Assembly (NCBI GenBank): GCA_964016885.1
Contig: OZ024743.1
Coordinates: forward strand, 69,316,001-69,380,000
DNA: 64,000 bases
Source of the DNA: Eledone cirrhosa
Taxonomy: Eukaryota
Direction of reading: 5' to 3'
Shown here: one piece after another, positions 26,375 to 41,484 of the stretch
Layout of the letters: each line of letters begins with the position of its first letter
How positions within the stretch are numbered: position 1 is the stretch's first letter
Made by a program: the position numbers and the translations under genes
Notes under the pieces: model-generated
Seen by the model: the letters and a program-made list of their open reading frames with translations, nothing else
Databases searched by the model: none
Told to the model about the DNA's origin: nothing

Positions 26375-26572
26375 TCATTCCAATATATGGAACATTATAT
26401 TATGTAAAATTCTCTCATTATTTTAATTTATATTCCTTTGAAGTTCCGATGAGCCGCTCTGTTTTTTAAATATGTTAATTATTTTCACCTGAACCAGGTC
26501 AATTATGATATATAGTCATCTGATCCAGAAATATCATATGGAGTAGCGAAACAATTGTAAACAGACATGATT

Positions 26573-26752
26573 GGTGGCTTGGCAGTATCGGTAGAGGGTC
26601 GGACGCCATGCTTTCCAGCATAGTTACGTCCCTTTGCGGTCTGAGTTCAAATCCCACCGAGGTTAACTTTACCTTTCATCCTTACGGGGTCGATAAAATA
26701 AAATACCAGTAATGCACTGGGTAATTGATGGCCTTGTGCCAAAAGTAGAAAT
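26573..26752 (+). mobile_element. Full-length tRNA-derived SINE
   Basis: GGTGGCTTGGCAGTATCGGTAG ... GAGTTCAAATCCC ... GGGGTCGATAAAATAAA ... GTAGAAA, then (ATT)n. Confidence 0.9.
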
Positions 26753-26894
26753 CATTATTATTAATATTATTATTATTATTTTCTACAATCCTTACATCAA
26801 ACTAAAATATGTTGACAATCTTTTAATAATGTCTTCCTTGTGAAATTTATGGTCTTGTTTTGCTTAACTAATGAATATATATATATATATATAT

Positions 26895-27052
26895 AAAGAA
26901 GGAAGTGTGGTAAGGAACCAGATAGACCATAACGCACTAGAGAACCCAATACTTAGGGTAGTAGATTGGGTAATGGGAAAATGTTTAACCTCGACAGCAG
27001 AGCTCAGACCGTTTCGACGGCTAGTTCTGGACTCAGCCCAGAAATAGCCGTT
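26895..27052 (-). mobile_element. Family C copy
   Basis: Reverse complement matches 22789-22924; 3' end in (TA)n. Confidence 0.7.
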
Positions 27053-27345
27053 GAGAGTGGATCAGATAAATAATTAAATAAACAGTTCAAGCAGAAGTAA
27101 AGCTGCTGTATAGTACGAAAAATGTTGTGTAGTATTAAAAAATGTATATGTAGTGAGATAATTATATTTAAAACAGTTTCTATGTGAGTTTATGAGGATG
27201 TAAAGTGATAATTGTCCTGGTAATGTTTAAATGTAGATATGTTGTGAGTATTAATATGACACTGTTGATAGCAACAATGATATCAACGTACCTTTATGAT
27301 TGTTCTGTTGAATAGGAATCTAATTATGTGTTTTAACTTTGCCAA

Positions 27346-27392
27346 TGCTCCGATGACTACTATCGGCTGTTTGGAAGAAACGATCGTCAGCA
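27346..27392 (+). ncRNA. Hammerhead-like motif with CCGAUGA core
   Basis: TGCT-CCGATGA-...-GAAA-CGATCG-TC-AGCA-ATAAA. Stem I TGCT/AGCA, palindromic stem III; (TA)n about 40 bp downstream. Confidence 0.6.
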
Positions 27393-27492
27393 ATAAAATG
27401 TATTAAACATAGATTTGAATGTTCTGTACTTCATATATATATATATATGATTTATATATACATATATATATATATGTATGTATGTATGTATA

Positions 27493-28840
<1,348 letters not shown>

Positions 28841-29370
28841 GGTCCTTCATCTAAATAATGATTGTGCCTACTCCTTTCAGTCTTTAATGGTGTTCTTGAC
28901 TCTTTATCCCCAAACCAGAGTATGTATAAGCTATGCCTATCGCTAATAAGGTTCTGAACATTTGAGATGTTTTTATCAAAATGGGCCTGGTGATTTATTG
29001 TAGGAAATACTAGGGCCTTCATGAAGGAAGCGTATGTCGCATGTTTGAGAGCTTTCCATGAAGCCTCCATGTCATCAGAAATCTTGACACAGTCGAAGGA
29101 TTCGTCCAGATTCGCAGAAAGTTCAAATCTCCTATCAGAGTATCTTAAAGCATGCACATCAAATTTGGGTGAGACAAATGGCTTTTGGAGACGCCGTTTG
29201 GGTCGAAGTTTGAATGAAAATATATTGGGCAGCAGTGCATGATCCGAGAAGTAGCCAGAATTGTGGAGAGAACAAGTGACTTTGAAATCATTTTGGTCAC
29301 ACCTGAGTGTGTAATTAAAGTGAACAATGTGCCAATCCTTGGATCTAGAATGCATCCATGTCTTATGGCT
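28841..29370 (-). mobile_element. RTE-clade LINE fragment (end of AP endonuclease and linker)
   Basis: KTWMHSRSKDWH...SDH...W..LK...HQAHFDKN corresponds to the RTE TWMHPRSKHWH..SDH..HQDWFDEN motifs. Confidence 0.82.
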
Positions 29371-29450
29371 GGTAGAGGAGGGTAAGTGGAAAAACAGCAG
29401 CACAAAACAAAGGCCGGTAGAACTCCACTGAGTCACCGGCCAGCCACTGC

Positions 29451-29526
<76 letters not shown>

Positions 29527-29529
<3 letters not shown>

Positions 29530-30121
29530 TGCCGAGGGACTAATTTTATAATATGTAACCCATGTGCAACCACGCAGTATTCCTCTTTCTTCTCATGTTT
29601 TTTATACATATTTACCTCGGCTGCGTTTGTCTGTTTCTCTCTTACTGCTCCCCCGTTCTCTCTGTTTCTCTCACCTTCTTTTGCCCCCTCTGTCAGTTAC
29701 ACTTTCTCTCGACTGACCTCTTCCTCGCACTTCTACTCACTCACTCTCTGTTTCGCCCCTTCTCACTTCCTCCCGTTTGGTTAGTAGTGGGGTCCTTTCT
29801 TGCTCACATCTCACTCACGTGGACGGTCTGTATTGCGATCGCTCATGAAATCCACCCAGCTTAGGCTGACCGGATAACCATGTTGCTTGTTTTTTTCCTA
29901 TCTTCGGTTTGCTTTTATCCTTCTATGTTGTTTTTCTTGTCTCACTCGCTTTACGCTATTCACTTGTCCCAATAGTTTTTTTTAGTTATTGCTCGCACAA
30001 ACCTGACGTATATGAGTTTTAATGCGATGAAATACCAATGATGGTTGGCAAATCACTGACGAGGGACTAATTTTATAATATTTAACCCATGTGCAACCAC
30101 GCAGTATTCCTCTATTTTCTC

Positions 30122-30128
<7 letters not shown>
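29527..30128 (+). mobile_element. Family B element with terminal direct repeats (period about 527 bp), CT-rich interior
   Basis: CACTG.CGAGGGACTAATTTTATAATAT.TAACCCATGTGCAACCACGCAGTATTCCTCT at 29527 and 30054; flanked by (TA)n. Confidence 0.75.
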
Positions 30129-30191
<63 letters not shown>

Positions 30192-30721
30192 TTATATATG
30201 AAAAAGATATCGTTTTTTATAATATCAATATAAAGAAATTTGAAACACAGATGGAGAAGTTAATACAGCTCCAAATACAGTAATTTATTATAATAAAAAG
30301 TACAAATGCTGTTTCATATTGTATTTGAAAGATTTTTTTCTTCAAACAAGCATGTGTACAAAATCCGATTGTGTTAAAAATAAAAATTACGCATGAAGTG
30401 AAAATAATTTTGTTCATACAAAATAAATCATACTTTATATTTAAATATATAATAGTTATGATTACCTAAATAAATTTGGTATTCACCGGTTTCACTGAGT
30501 ACCTTTTCAAATTTTCACTTTGAATTGTTTTGAATATAACTGTTTTCACCTGTTCATATATACCGGGAATATATACAACACACTGAAAATAAAATATTCA
30601 AGAGCTTCTCAAAACTAAACCTGGCTATTGCCAAAACTAATTAGATAAACATGACTATTTCTGAAAGCCAGAGTTAATTTCTTTCATATGCTTATTTTCA
30701 GGCAGGCGCAATGTAAAAGTG

Positions 30722-30760
<39 letters not shown>

Positions 30761-31139
30761 GGAAATCAGTAAAATCGAATATCTGGCGGTTTGCAAGTAA
30801 ATTCGGCCTACTTATATGAAATGATGAGTTAGCAAAGCACTCGATAAGATAGGACCTCAGAGTAATAACATACGTTTAAATAGCTTGACAAATCGAACAT
30901 TGTGGTAGGCGAAACTAACACACAATACAATATATATATATTGTTATACATGGGGAGGGTCATAGTTGTGTAATATTGCCAGAATTAATAACAGAACACA
31001 CTCACTGCTTGGTTGGTTTTCGCTTCTGTGTCTTTTATATCGGTAATCTAATTTAATTTAATTTATTGTGTCCTCAATGTTGCCATTGACTGACCAACAG
31101 TCAACAATACAGATACAACATTATAGACACAAACACATA

Positions 31140-31770
31140 TATATAGTTTATCAAAGTTCTTTCGTTGCACATCTGCAACATCGTCAATGGTGTTAGTGTT
31201 TCCTCCCGTTGCATTGTATTTTCTACGCCATCTTTATTTAGTCTGTTTATATATTTATTTATTTGTTTATTTTAATTTGTCTTCTTTGCGCATGCGTTTG
31301 CGTGTGTGTATAGTGTTTTGTTTGATGGCCGCCAAATGCCTGATACTCAAAAACTCAGCAATGTCGTGCTAAGTTTAATATTCTGATCGCAGACTTGGTA
31401 CGAGTGATGAAGAACGTGCCCCGCATGTGCGACCCAACAGAAATGGAAAGACACATCCAACACATCATCAACCGCATGCAGTTCTCTGGCTACAACGAAA
31501 GAGACAAAATCAGAGTATACGAAGGAGACACGGAGAAGTATAAGACCCTCATAGAACTGGACATGAAAGGAATTTGCCTATTATACAGGAGCTAATCATG
31601 GAATAGTTTAGATAGGGCTAGACATAAGATAGGGAAAGCCACCTCATGGTACGACAACCAGAGATACCAGAGTGTCATATTTGTGGACGCTACCCCTGGA
31701 GGGAAATTAGCTAACCAGTGTAGAAAGGCCGTGAGAAAGATCCTCTTAAAGATTAAGGTGGTAGAAAATC
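31140..31770. mobile_element. Rearranged Penelope-like fragment: inverted 3' end with hammerhead (31140-31320, -) joined to RT C-terminal piece (31325-31770, +)
   Basis: LVRVMKNVPRMCDPTEMERHIQHIINRMQFSGYNERDK is homologous to 12250-12370. Minus strand has TTGACGA-T-GTTGCA(GATG)TGCAAC-GAAAGAACTTTGA, like 13234-13272. Confidence 0.8.
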
Positions 31771-32011
31771 CTGAATCTTCCAATTATTTGTCCTCCGTGC
31801 GCGGATTCCAAGTAGAACTCCGTGTCTCTTCCACAAAATTGGAGGTTCAAAATTATTCATAATCAATTATTCTCAAAATAAATAATGGAAATATAGTCAC
31901 TGTTTTTATGAAAACAAGAGTGACAACGGAAGCAAAAAAAATTTTGCTTAAATTACCAGTTGAAAATTGCGAACAAATATCGTCCACACCCTGTATACAC
32001 ACAGACACACA

Positions 32012-32123
<112 letters not shown>

Positions 32124-32221
32124 ATGGATGTCCTTTACAAGATTAACCGTTTATTGTGAGATCGAAATTATCACCGAAAGAAAGAGAATCTGAACTGTAA
32201 GAATCATCTTTCAATAAAATA

Positions 32222-32293
32222 ATTGTTTCTACGTGAGGCACGAGGCCAGTAATTACCAGTGCATTACTGGTACTTTATTTTATCGACCCCGTA
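32222..32293 (-). mobile_element. Truncated tRNA-derived SINE 3' part
   Basis: ATTGTTTCTAC...ATTACTGGTACTTTATTTTATCGACCCCGTAA. Confidence 0.8.
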
Positions 32294-33030
32294 AAATAAT
32301 ATTCTCTACATATATCACTTACTTTAGTTGATGTTCTCCTCTGTTTTTTAACGGAATAGTATTCACAGAAGACACACACACACACACAGATTCACACTCA
32401 CGCACACACACACACACACTCATACACATATACACACATAAACACACACACGCACACACACTGTATGCTTTTCGTTTTCCTTAAAGTATTACAACACATT
32501 AACTATAATAAATATCGGGATAATTCCCCTTGCGACGGACAAGTGAACAGCATCTCCATATAGTTACATATACAGACACATATACACAACACAACATATT
32601 AAATACACACTTATAACACACTACATGTGAACGCCTATTTAGTCTCAGTGGAATATGTTGCATCCGCGATGTGTAAATTGAGACAAGTTCAAGTGAAAAT
32701 AATTATTGAACAATTAATTTCCAATTTCATTTCTCGGTTTCCCACCCGTTTTCTTGCTTTCATCTACCTTCAACGTGAATCATCCACACCATAGATTGCG
32801 CCTACACATTCACACACTCGCACAAACACCTTCCCCATTGCTTTGCACAGTTTTTGTCGATGTTTTGACTCCGCCAAACTATAGCATTCATTCTACAATA
32901 TTGTTTCGTTAACTTTTCCCCAAGTCAGGTTAGCGTTCACTCCAACACGACATGCTTCTCTGTGAGTCTACATATGTGTAGATTTTCGTATGGCTATGTG
33001 TGCGTGCATATATAGATACATATATATACA

Positions 33031-33126
<96 letters not shown>

Positions 33127-33149
33127 CATGTATCTATATACATATATAC

Positions 33150-33237
<88 letters not shown>

Positions 33238-33779
33238 CATATAAATATATGCATATATATATATACATACAAATACATAAATAGATACATATATACATAC
33301 ATATATATATGTATATACATATATACATACGTAAGTATATATATATGTACTTAAGTAAATGTATATATATATGTACTTAAGTAAATGTATATGTGTATGT
33401 GTGTATGTATGTGTGTGTATGTGTGTGTTTGTGCATATTGGAGATTACATTGATGATAGTGACATGCCTGTTAGAAGTTCTAATGATGATGATGATGGTG
33501 ATGATGATGATGATCTAATGATGTTGACAGCAAAGGAAATGAAAATTTAATAGTTAACGAGGAAATACAAACACAAATATTATTCTGAAGATAAAATTTC
33601 AATTTTAGGCGCGGAAAAAAATCAAGAATTACAAGAACCGCACAATCATCAGCATCAGCAACAATAGAATTTGTCGAACAGCAGCAGCAATAGCAGTATC
33701 AACAGCCGCAGCAATAAGAATAACAACGAAATAAATAATTTGCCATCAATAACAGCAACAACCTTCCTTGTTTTTTTTT

Positions 33780-34130
33780 CAATCTATACGCGGCCTGCCC
33801 ACACCTCGACATAAACTATACACTATTTCATACATAGCTCTGCTTACATTCACCGCCTCTTACAATTCTGCAGATATTGCAGTACAACTACTTAAACCTT
33901 ATATCAATTACCGAGAAACCTGTCTCCAAAACAACAAACTAAATGTAAAATCAACCAAACCCACACTCTCCCTTCTTACCTTCAGCAACAAAGACGTTAA
34001 ATACAACCAAACATAACAACCAACAATATGGACATATTACATACACACAGGAGACAAAAATATACTAGGTGTTACATACAATACTTCCACAACATTCACA
34101 ATACACTGAGAAGATATTGTAAAGAAAACT
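33780..34130 (+). mobile_element. Highly decayed LINE RT fragment (Jockey/I-like)
   Basis: AVQLLKPYINY.ETCLQNNKLNV..TK.TL.LLT and KILGVTY..TF..H resemble post-YADD RT segments; no intact catalytic motif. Confidence 0.45.
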
Positions 34131-34844
34131 GTATGACATACACAAACATACATAGATCAATGAGAAGACCCATATTCGTTAAATATAGAAACATGAGCAA
34201 TTGTGTACAAACATTATTTGAGAAATCACAGATACTATATTTGTTGATCAGTAAGAAACAATGACAATGGTGTACAAAAGTCATCAAAATCCGATACTAC
34301 ATATTGCCTTTGGTCCACAAAACAAAACGGGGAATTGTGTACAAACATGCTTAGAACAAACAAAGTTACTACATTCGGCCCATAGTAAGAATTACCAAAA
34401 ACCATGCACAAATTGCAGCTATAATGGAATGGGCCTCCATCATATTTCGACGATGACTGGTTCAGCTATTCTGTCGACTGAATAAGTTGCTCTTGAAATT
34501 TGTAAGTGTCTGAGTTTTTCAGAGTGAAAGTGTGTGATTAAAGTGGCCTTTTAAATTACATTTGTGAATCTGACGGACTTCGTAACGGTGTTCGTCTACA
34601 TAATACTATTTACCAAGCATAGGTCAAACCGAAACTATCTTAAATTACACCCGACAAAGACGACACGCAGTGGGATTGGACCTGAAACTTAATGAGTGAG
34701 AAGTGAACATCTTAACCATTCGACCATGCTGCGTCTATAGTACAATTCTAACAGGTCATACATTTGCGTCACAGAGAGAAACAACAGAAATTGTGTACAA
34801 ACATACAGTAATCACAGATCTTCCTTGTCTTCTTCGTTTCTCGT

Positions 34845-35010
34845 TCTCTTTTTTTCTTCTTCTTGGCCGACTTATTCCTGTGAGCGTCATGGTAACAGAC
34901 ACCTTAACAACTCCTTCCAGAGGGTCCTGTCAGATGCAGTCGTCTCCAACTGATCCGGCTGGATCCCCAAGCGAGACCAGCCAAGTTCATGGATGTTATC
35001 CAATCACCTA
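34845..35010 (-). mobile_element. RTE-type LINE 3' terminus with (AAG)n tail
   Basis: Minus strand reads LDNIHELGWSRLGIQPDQLETTASDRTLWKELLRCLLP then AAGAAGAAG. Confidence 0.65.
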
Positions 35011-35109
35011 TCATGTTTAGTCAATAGAAAGAGACACACAGATTTTTATCGAAACATACATTAATTTCATTATGGAATATATTAATCTTAACCGGGCCCA
35101 TAAGACAGC

Positions 35110-35230
35110 TATTTGGCAGAGAGGTTAGAACATCTGATTGAATTCTCACCAACCCAGATTTCAAATTCCGTTGAGGTCAACTTTGCCTTTCATCATGTCG
35201 TTGCCGATGAAAAAAAGGACCAGTCTAATG
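35110..35230 (+). mobile_element. Decayed SINE
   Basis: TTCAAATTCCGTTGAGGTCAACTTTGCCTTTCATC matches the SINE body. Confidence 0.6.
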
Positions 35231-36869
35231 TTGGAGTCGATTCTTCCTCTTCATCCCTTTCTTACATCCCTTTCTCACCATTTGAAGAAAATCAGCTGTG
35301 TTCAGATCTGTAGAAATATGCACTGCCAGGCTTAAAATGGCCAAGGATAACCGTATGTCAATACGGTGCCCCTAAGACTCCAACTGGAGTTACAGGTTTG
35401 AGGGAAGAGAGTGAGAACCCGGCCCATAATATTTGCAATACAAACCAAAATAAACATCAATGAATGAACGAGCATATTACGCTTCATAACAGGTTATTTA
35501 TGCAACTCATCAATAAGATGAGAACTACTCATCACAAAACACTAAATATGAAAACCATTGATAGGTTTGAAAGATATTTGGTACTTGTAGTAAACGTCTA
35601 ATTCCATAGATCTTGCTATTACACAGAAAACATATTCCAAACAACCATGCACATATTTGTTATAGACTAGCCTACACTGTTGTAATTAAGTTTCAATCCG
35701 TATAGCATTTTTAGAATTTTGAAACAACCGTAAGACTTGAAACTAAATTACATGTTTGTTAAATATATATTTGAGAACCTAATATATCTCACTACGTCTT
35801 GTAGCAAGTGTAAATTAGAAGATCGATTAAAACTATATTAATACGAAAATTCCCTTTTACGAATTCTTAGAAGAAAGGAAGAACATCTAGAGGCCTGTGA
35901 AAGCTTCACGACTTTCATATTTCGTATGACCATATTTTAAAGAATAGACAAAATTGCAATTTAATTATTGCCAGAATTCCATTTTCTCTATCTAGGAGAG
36001 ATAATATAAGTGTACGAAGAAATTCTGTATTGTACGTATGTAGGCAGCTGTGGGAGGTAAAATAGATTGGCCTATGTTTATTACTTATTGGTTTCTAATG
36101 CCATATAAGGAACGTTAGTTTGATCTCTAAGATGTGGGAATATCTTTTTGCAGATTTGGGAATAAATGTGATATTCTTACTCTGGCACTGATGTACGTGT
36201 GCTTTAAGTTGTGATGTATGGATTTGAAGGTGAGGGTTCTTTGATTTCACTTAACAGACGCAGAAATCATCTAGAATTGAAGACAGTCTTTCACGTTATA
36301 TGTGTCTATAAAGAATCCATTGAATTTATGTATTTATTGCACATGGAAAATTACAAATACTTGTGTGTATAGACGAGGTAAGTATGTCAGTGAACGTAGA
36401 TAATTGACATTGGGAGGTTGTAACAATTGTGTAGACATATACACAAGAGGAGCTTTTCCGTTCCTCCATATTCATTTAAAAATGATATTACAGACCCATA
36501 TATTCGAATATTAAATTATTAAATATTTTAAGTTGGAAATTATATCATCGTTATTTACGTTTAATCTATATCCAACTGCATTGCTGTGGCTTTTCAAATA
36601 AATTTTTTTTAAAATAATAAATTCTGAAAACTCAAGTAATCTACAACACTACACTACACCATATCACACTCCCTCTCTCTGTATGTATGTATGTATGTAT
36701 GTATGTTTGTATGTATGTATGTATGTATGTATGTATGTATGTATGTATGCATGTATGTATATATATATATATATATATAAACACACACACATACATATAT
36801 ATATATGCATAAATATTTATATGTATTATGTATGTATATATATATATATGCATAAGTATCTATATGTAT

Positions 36870-36907
<38 letters not shown>

Positions 36908-36928
36908 TAAATATCTATATGTATTATG

Positions 36929-36986
<58 letters not shown>

Positions 36987-37080
36987 TACATAATACATAT
37001 AGATATTTATGCATATATATATATATACATACATAATACATATAAATATTTATGTATATATATATATGTATGTGTGTGTG

Positions 37081-37126
<46 letters not shown>

Positions 37127-37681
37127 CAGAGCTGATTTAATTTTATGATAAAAGCATCTTCAACTTTTATTTTAGTTTTTACAACTTCTGTACTGTGTTA
37201 CAACTATTCAATAGCAATTTCATTCATTTAAGTATGGCAATAATACAGGGTTGTTGTAGATCTGTTACATAGCCTAAGCCTAACTTTAATAGATACTCAA
37301 AAATATGTTTTTTCTTTCTTTAATAAAAATAATCAATAATGTTATAGAATTTTCAAAGAATCAGTGATGAAATATGTCGCCCAACGTATAACATGATAGA
37401 CATGTAAAAATCTCTTATCAGTCTGTGTATACACTAAACAAATGTGAAAGACTGTCTCCCTTTCTAGATGATTTCTATTGATGGGTAAATATTTAGGGTG
37501 AAGTTTAGGAGCTGACATCATATCATGTCATACTCATCAAGTGGTTTTATGACACGGCTATTTGGTTAAGCATATTACATTTCCACACCGTAGTTTCAGG
37601 TTGAATACCAATAGAACACAATGGGCAAGGGTCTTTTACAATAGCCTCCAGTTAACCAGCGCCAGTTAACCGACGGCAGGG

Positions 37682-37818
37682 CTCAAGCCGTCGAAACGGC
37701 TTGAACTCTGCCGTCGGGGTCCTGACTATTTTCCTATTACCTTACCCATTCTACTACCCAAAGTATCGAGTACTCTGGTGCGTTATGGTCCAACTGGTTC
37801 CTTACCACACTTCTTTCG

Positions 37819-37820
<2 letters not shown>
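37682..37820 (+). mobile_element. Family C copy
   Basis: AGCCGTCGAAACGGCTTGA...CTGGTTCCTTACCACA.TT..TTCGTT then (TA)n; same 3' end as 22924. Confidence 0.75.
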
Positions 37821-37870
<50 letters not shown>

Positions 37871-39189
37871 AGATATATACATATATAAGTGCGTGTGTGT
37901 GTGTGAGTTTGTGAGTGTGTGAGCCTCAATGTGTGTGCGTGTGAGCATTTGCATGTGTGTGTTTCTTGTGCTTCTCTCTGTATCTATAATTATCTCCTGG
38001 TACCTAGAGCTTTCACAAAAAGTGATCGACAACATATGTCGTAGAATTGGAAACAAAAAACAGCAATGGTGTTGATACAATCAACTTTAATTATGGCCTG
38101 AGTCTAATGATTGAAACCTGCAACAGAATAAATTAATACCTACATATTTTATCGACAAAATACCACAAAATACCACAAAATAAAACATGAAATACCATTC
38201 GAAATATTATATGAAATACTATATGAAATAATTGTTTCTACATGAAATAATATATGTAAACTCAGCATGCGGCTTAACTATTGGTCTTACGAAGCCAATG
38301 CAAAATACGTGATACGTTCTAACTGTTGCATGTAAAGAGGAGGTGTGTCTTATGCATGTGGATACACAGCATGTTGTTTGTGTTGTATGCATGCCATAGG
38401 TGTAATATTGTAAACTTTGTGTCCATATACACGCGTGTGTGGGTGTGAGTTTGCTGATAATGTTTACTGGGTAAATATTTTGAATTCTACCTTATAAAGA
38501 AATTGTTTTGTTTCCAGCAAAGAAACAAAGCTCTGTTAATGTAATTTAGCAGAAAATAGCAGCAAATGTTTAAATGTTATCTTGAATATTTCAGTCTTCC
38601 ACTTATAGATATGCAACATCATATTGACAATGAAACAAAAACAAATAATGGAAAAGAAAGAAAATATAGAGGGTAATTGGAAGCGGAGCCATTATTTTTT
38701 ACCTCAGTCATGGCCAAACTGCGACCCTCTTGGCTTTCTGAATGACATGCTTAATTTCAAAATTACCTTGAAACCTTTTAATAGTGCGTCTCTGCTTACT
38801 ATGAGCCACATCCTATGCGGCCTACTGCTCGAAAAAGGTTGCCCATGCCAGCTCTAACCTGAACAATATATCTCAGAATACGCACACTGGAGTAGATGGT
38901 GAAAACATTACCGTTGAGAACAAGCATCAATAAAAAAAAAAAAAAGAAATTAGAGAGTACTAAGACAGTTTGTATCCTAGATATGTGTATCAACGACCCA
39001 ACTAGATAGCTCCTAGTCGGTTTTATTATCTAGCTAGAAATAATAGCCAAATATTCACTAATCAAACCCTTCCCTTTAAACATGCACACACACACACAGC
39101 CATTGGATAACGTGTTACTTCATGTAATTAAAAACATGTCGGTCATATTTGGAATGATTGATCATATATCGGCTTGATCACGCTGTCCT

Positions 39190-40020
39190 GCACAACGACA
39201 GCATCCACCATCACCATATAGCACAACAAACACACCACCGCCATACAAATACATACCACTACAACAACCACCATCACCAACACCATATAGCACAGCAAAC
39301 AACCCAACCGCCATAAAAATACACACCACTACAACAACCACCATCACCACCACCATATACCACAGCAAACACCCCACCGCCATAAAAATACACACAACTA
39401 CAACAACCACCACACCAAATGTCACCATTATGAAAATGCACACAACTACAACATACACCATCGCCAGCAACATACACCACCATCACCGAAATACACCACT
39501 ACCCCCACCACCACCAACATACACCACAATCATCACTACCAAAATACACCACTACCCCCACACCGACAACAAACACCACCATCACCACTACCCCCACACC
39601 GACAATAAACACCACCATCACCACCACCAAAATACACTACTACCCCACCACCACCAACATACACCACTACATCCACCACCACCACAACCATACACCACTA
39701 ACTCCATCACAACATCGCCCACCACCACCACCACCACTACCACCAACACCACCATACACCACTATCACCACCAACACCATACGCCACTACCAGCAACACC
39801 ACCATACGTCACTACCTTCACCACCACCATACACCACCGTACACCACCTTCACCGCCGCCCCCACCACCACCATCACCACACCACCACTATCACCACTAG
39901 CATCACCACCACCACCACCACCACCACCGCCGCCACCACCACCACCATACACCACCACCGCCGCCACCACCACCACCATACACCACCACCACCACCACCA
40001 CCACCATATACACAGTACCA
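39190..40020. repeat. CAC-rich minisatellite/low-complexity tract
   Basis: About 69-bp imperfect units at 39215-39410 decaying into (CAC)n. Confidence 0.85.
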
Positions 40021-40661
40021 ATAATTATGGGTAGATTTGTAAATTTATTATTTCTTTACTCACGAATCTGTAGGTTTTCAATCGGTTGTCAATAAATATT
40101 CCTTTCTCACTGCATTTGAAATATTGTATAGGATTCATGGCTACAGCAGATGTCATATCACTTAGATTAATATTTTTATTATATCATTAACACATAAATA
40201 ATACAACCTCCATATATGTCAGATATATTTTCATTAAATTTTTACATCCCTAACTCCATGTGTGTATGTGTGTATGTGAATATGGGTATGTGTGTATGTG
40301 TGTATGTGTATGTGTGTATGTCTATGTGTATGTGTGGGTGTGTGACTGTGTGTGTGTATGCATGTATCTATGTGCGTATGTAAATATGTATGTAAGTATG
40401 CAAGTATGTATGTATGTAAGTATGTATGTATGTAATTATGTATGAAGTATGCAAGTATGTATGTATGTAAGTATGTATGTATGTAATTATGTATGAAGTA
40501 TGCAAGTATGTATGTATGTAATTATTTAAAGATGTATGTATGTAAGTATGAAAGTATGTATGTAAGTATGTATGTATGCAAGTATGTATGTAAGTATGTA
40601 TATATATGTATATATTTATGTATATATATATATGTATGTATATATATATATATATATATAT

Positions 40662-41298
40662 GTCAGGTCACCAGTTGGTGCTACTGGTAACATGTATCCC
40701 AGTACAACCTGTCTCATGGTCGGGTCGTTGGCGACTAAACTGGCAACCCCACCAAGGTTTCTTGGTGAGGAGGGTGACTTTGGACATCCTGCAGGACTAA
40801 AAACAAAACCTGTCAAAGGGCAAAGGAGCTCTTAAGAGTCAATGGCCATCCAAAATCACCGGGAGAGATGACCCCTTTAGCCTTAGTCAAGGCAGAATTC
40901 TAGGAGAAGGAAAACTCTGATATAACACCTGCAACCCTGATGGTATCCAATGATGTTGACTTGTTCTTCTTTTTGGTAAATAGCATCTTGGTTAAGAGAG
41001 TGGGACTGGCTTTGTGCAGTGCCTTTGCTCACTATAAAAGCTTCACGGCACAGGCATTGCTTTATATCTGGAGATCTCTCTGCACTTGTCCTCACATGGG
41101 CCCAGCACTATGTGTCAATAATTGTCCTACCATGGGCCTAGCACTATGTGTCAATAATTGTCACAGGTGTAGTGTTTGTACCAGAGGTTTCAAGTCGCTG
41201 GCTGGACTAAAAAGTCACACTCGTTCAGCGCTTCGGTAGGGGTTATCCTACATGGATGTAAAGTAGTGGCCGTACTCGAAAACGAGTTGGCAGCCACC
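40662..41298 (+). mobile_element. Family A copy 2
   Basis: Colinear with 10207-10804; internal 36-bp duplication; encodes the C2H2-like remnant [19 protein letters not shown]. Confidence 0.82.
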
Positions 41299-41336
<38 letters not shown>

Positions 41337-41443
41337 ATATATATATATATGTATGTATATATAAATATATATGTATGTATATATATATATATATGTATGT
41401 ATATATATATATATGTATGTATGTATATATATATATATATATG

Positions 41444-41484
<41 letters not shown>

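Larger units (their letters stand above)
25587..26878. mobile_element. Older head-to-head inverted element (arms 25587-26088 and 26381-26878) carrying a long-stem-II hammerhead variant
   Basis: Arms are reverse-complementary once the SINEs are removed. GTT-CCGATGA-GCCGCTC...GAGTAGC-GAAA-CAATTG-TA-AAC at 26443-26562, mirrored at about 25718-25838. Confidence 0.8.

Noticed and set aside
26573-26660. tRNA gene
   Set aside because: A and B boxes are present but continue into a repeated SINE body with TSDs; no proper cloverleaf.
38609-38672. Possible short host exon (ttatag|ATATGCAAC...AGAGG|gtaatt)
   Set aside because: Splice-like signals only; no recognisable protein or partner exons; would need RNA-seq.
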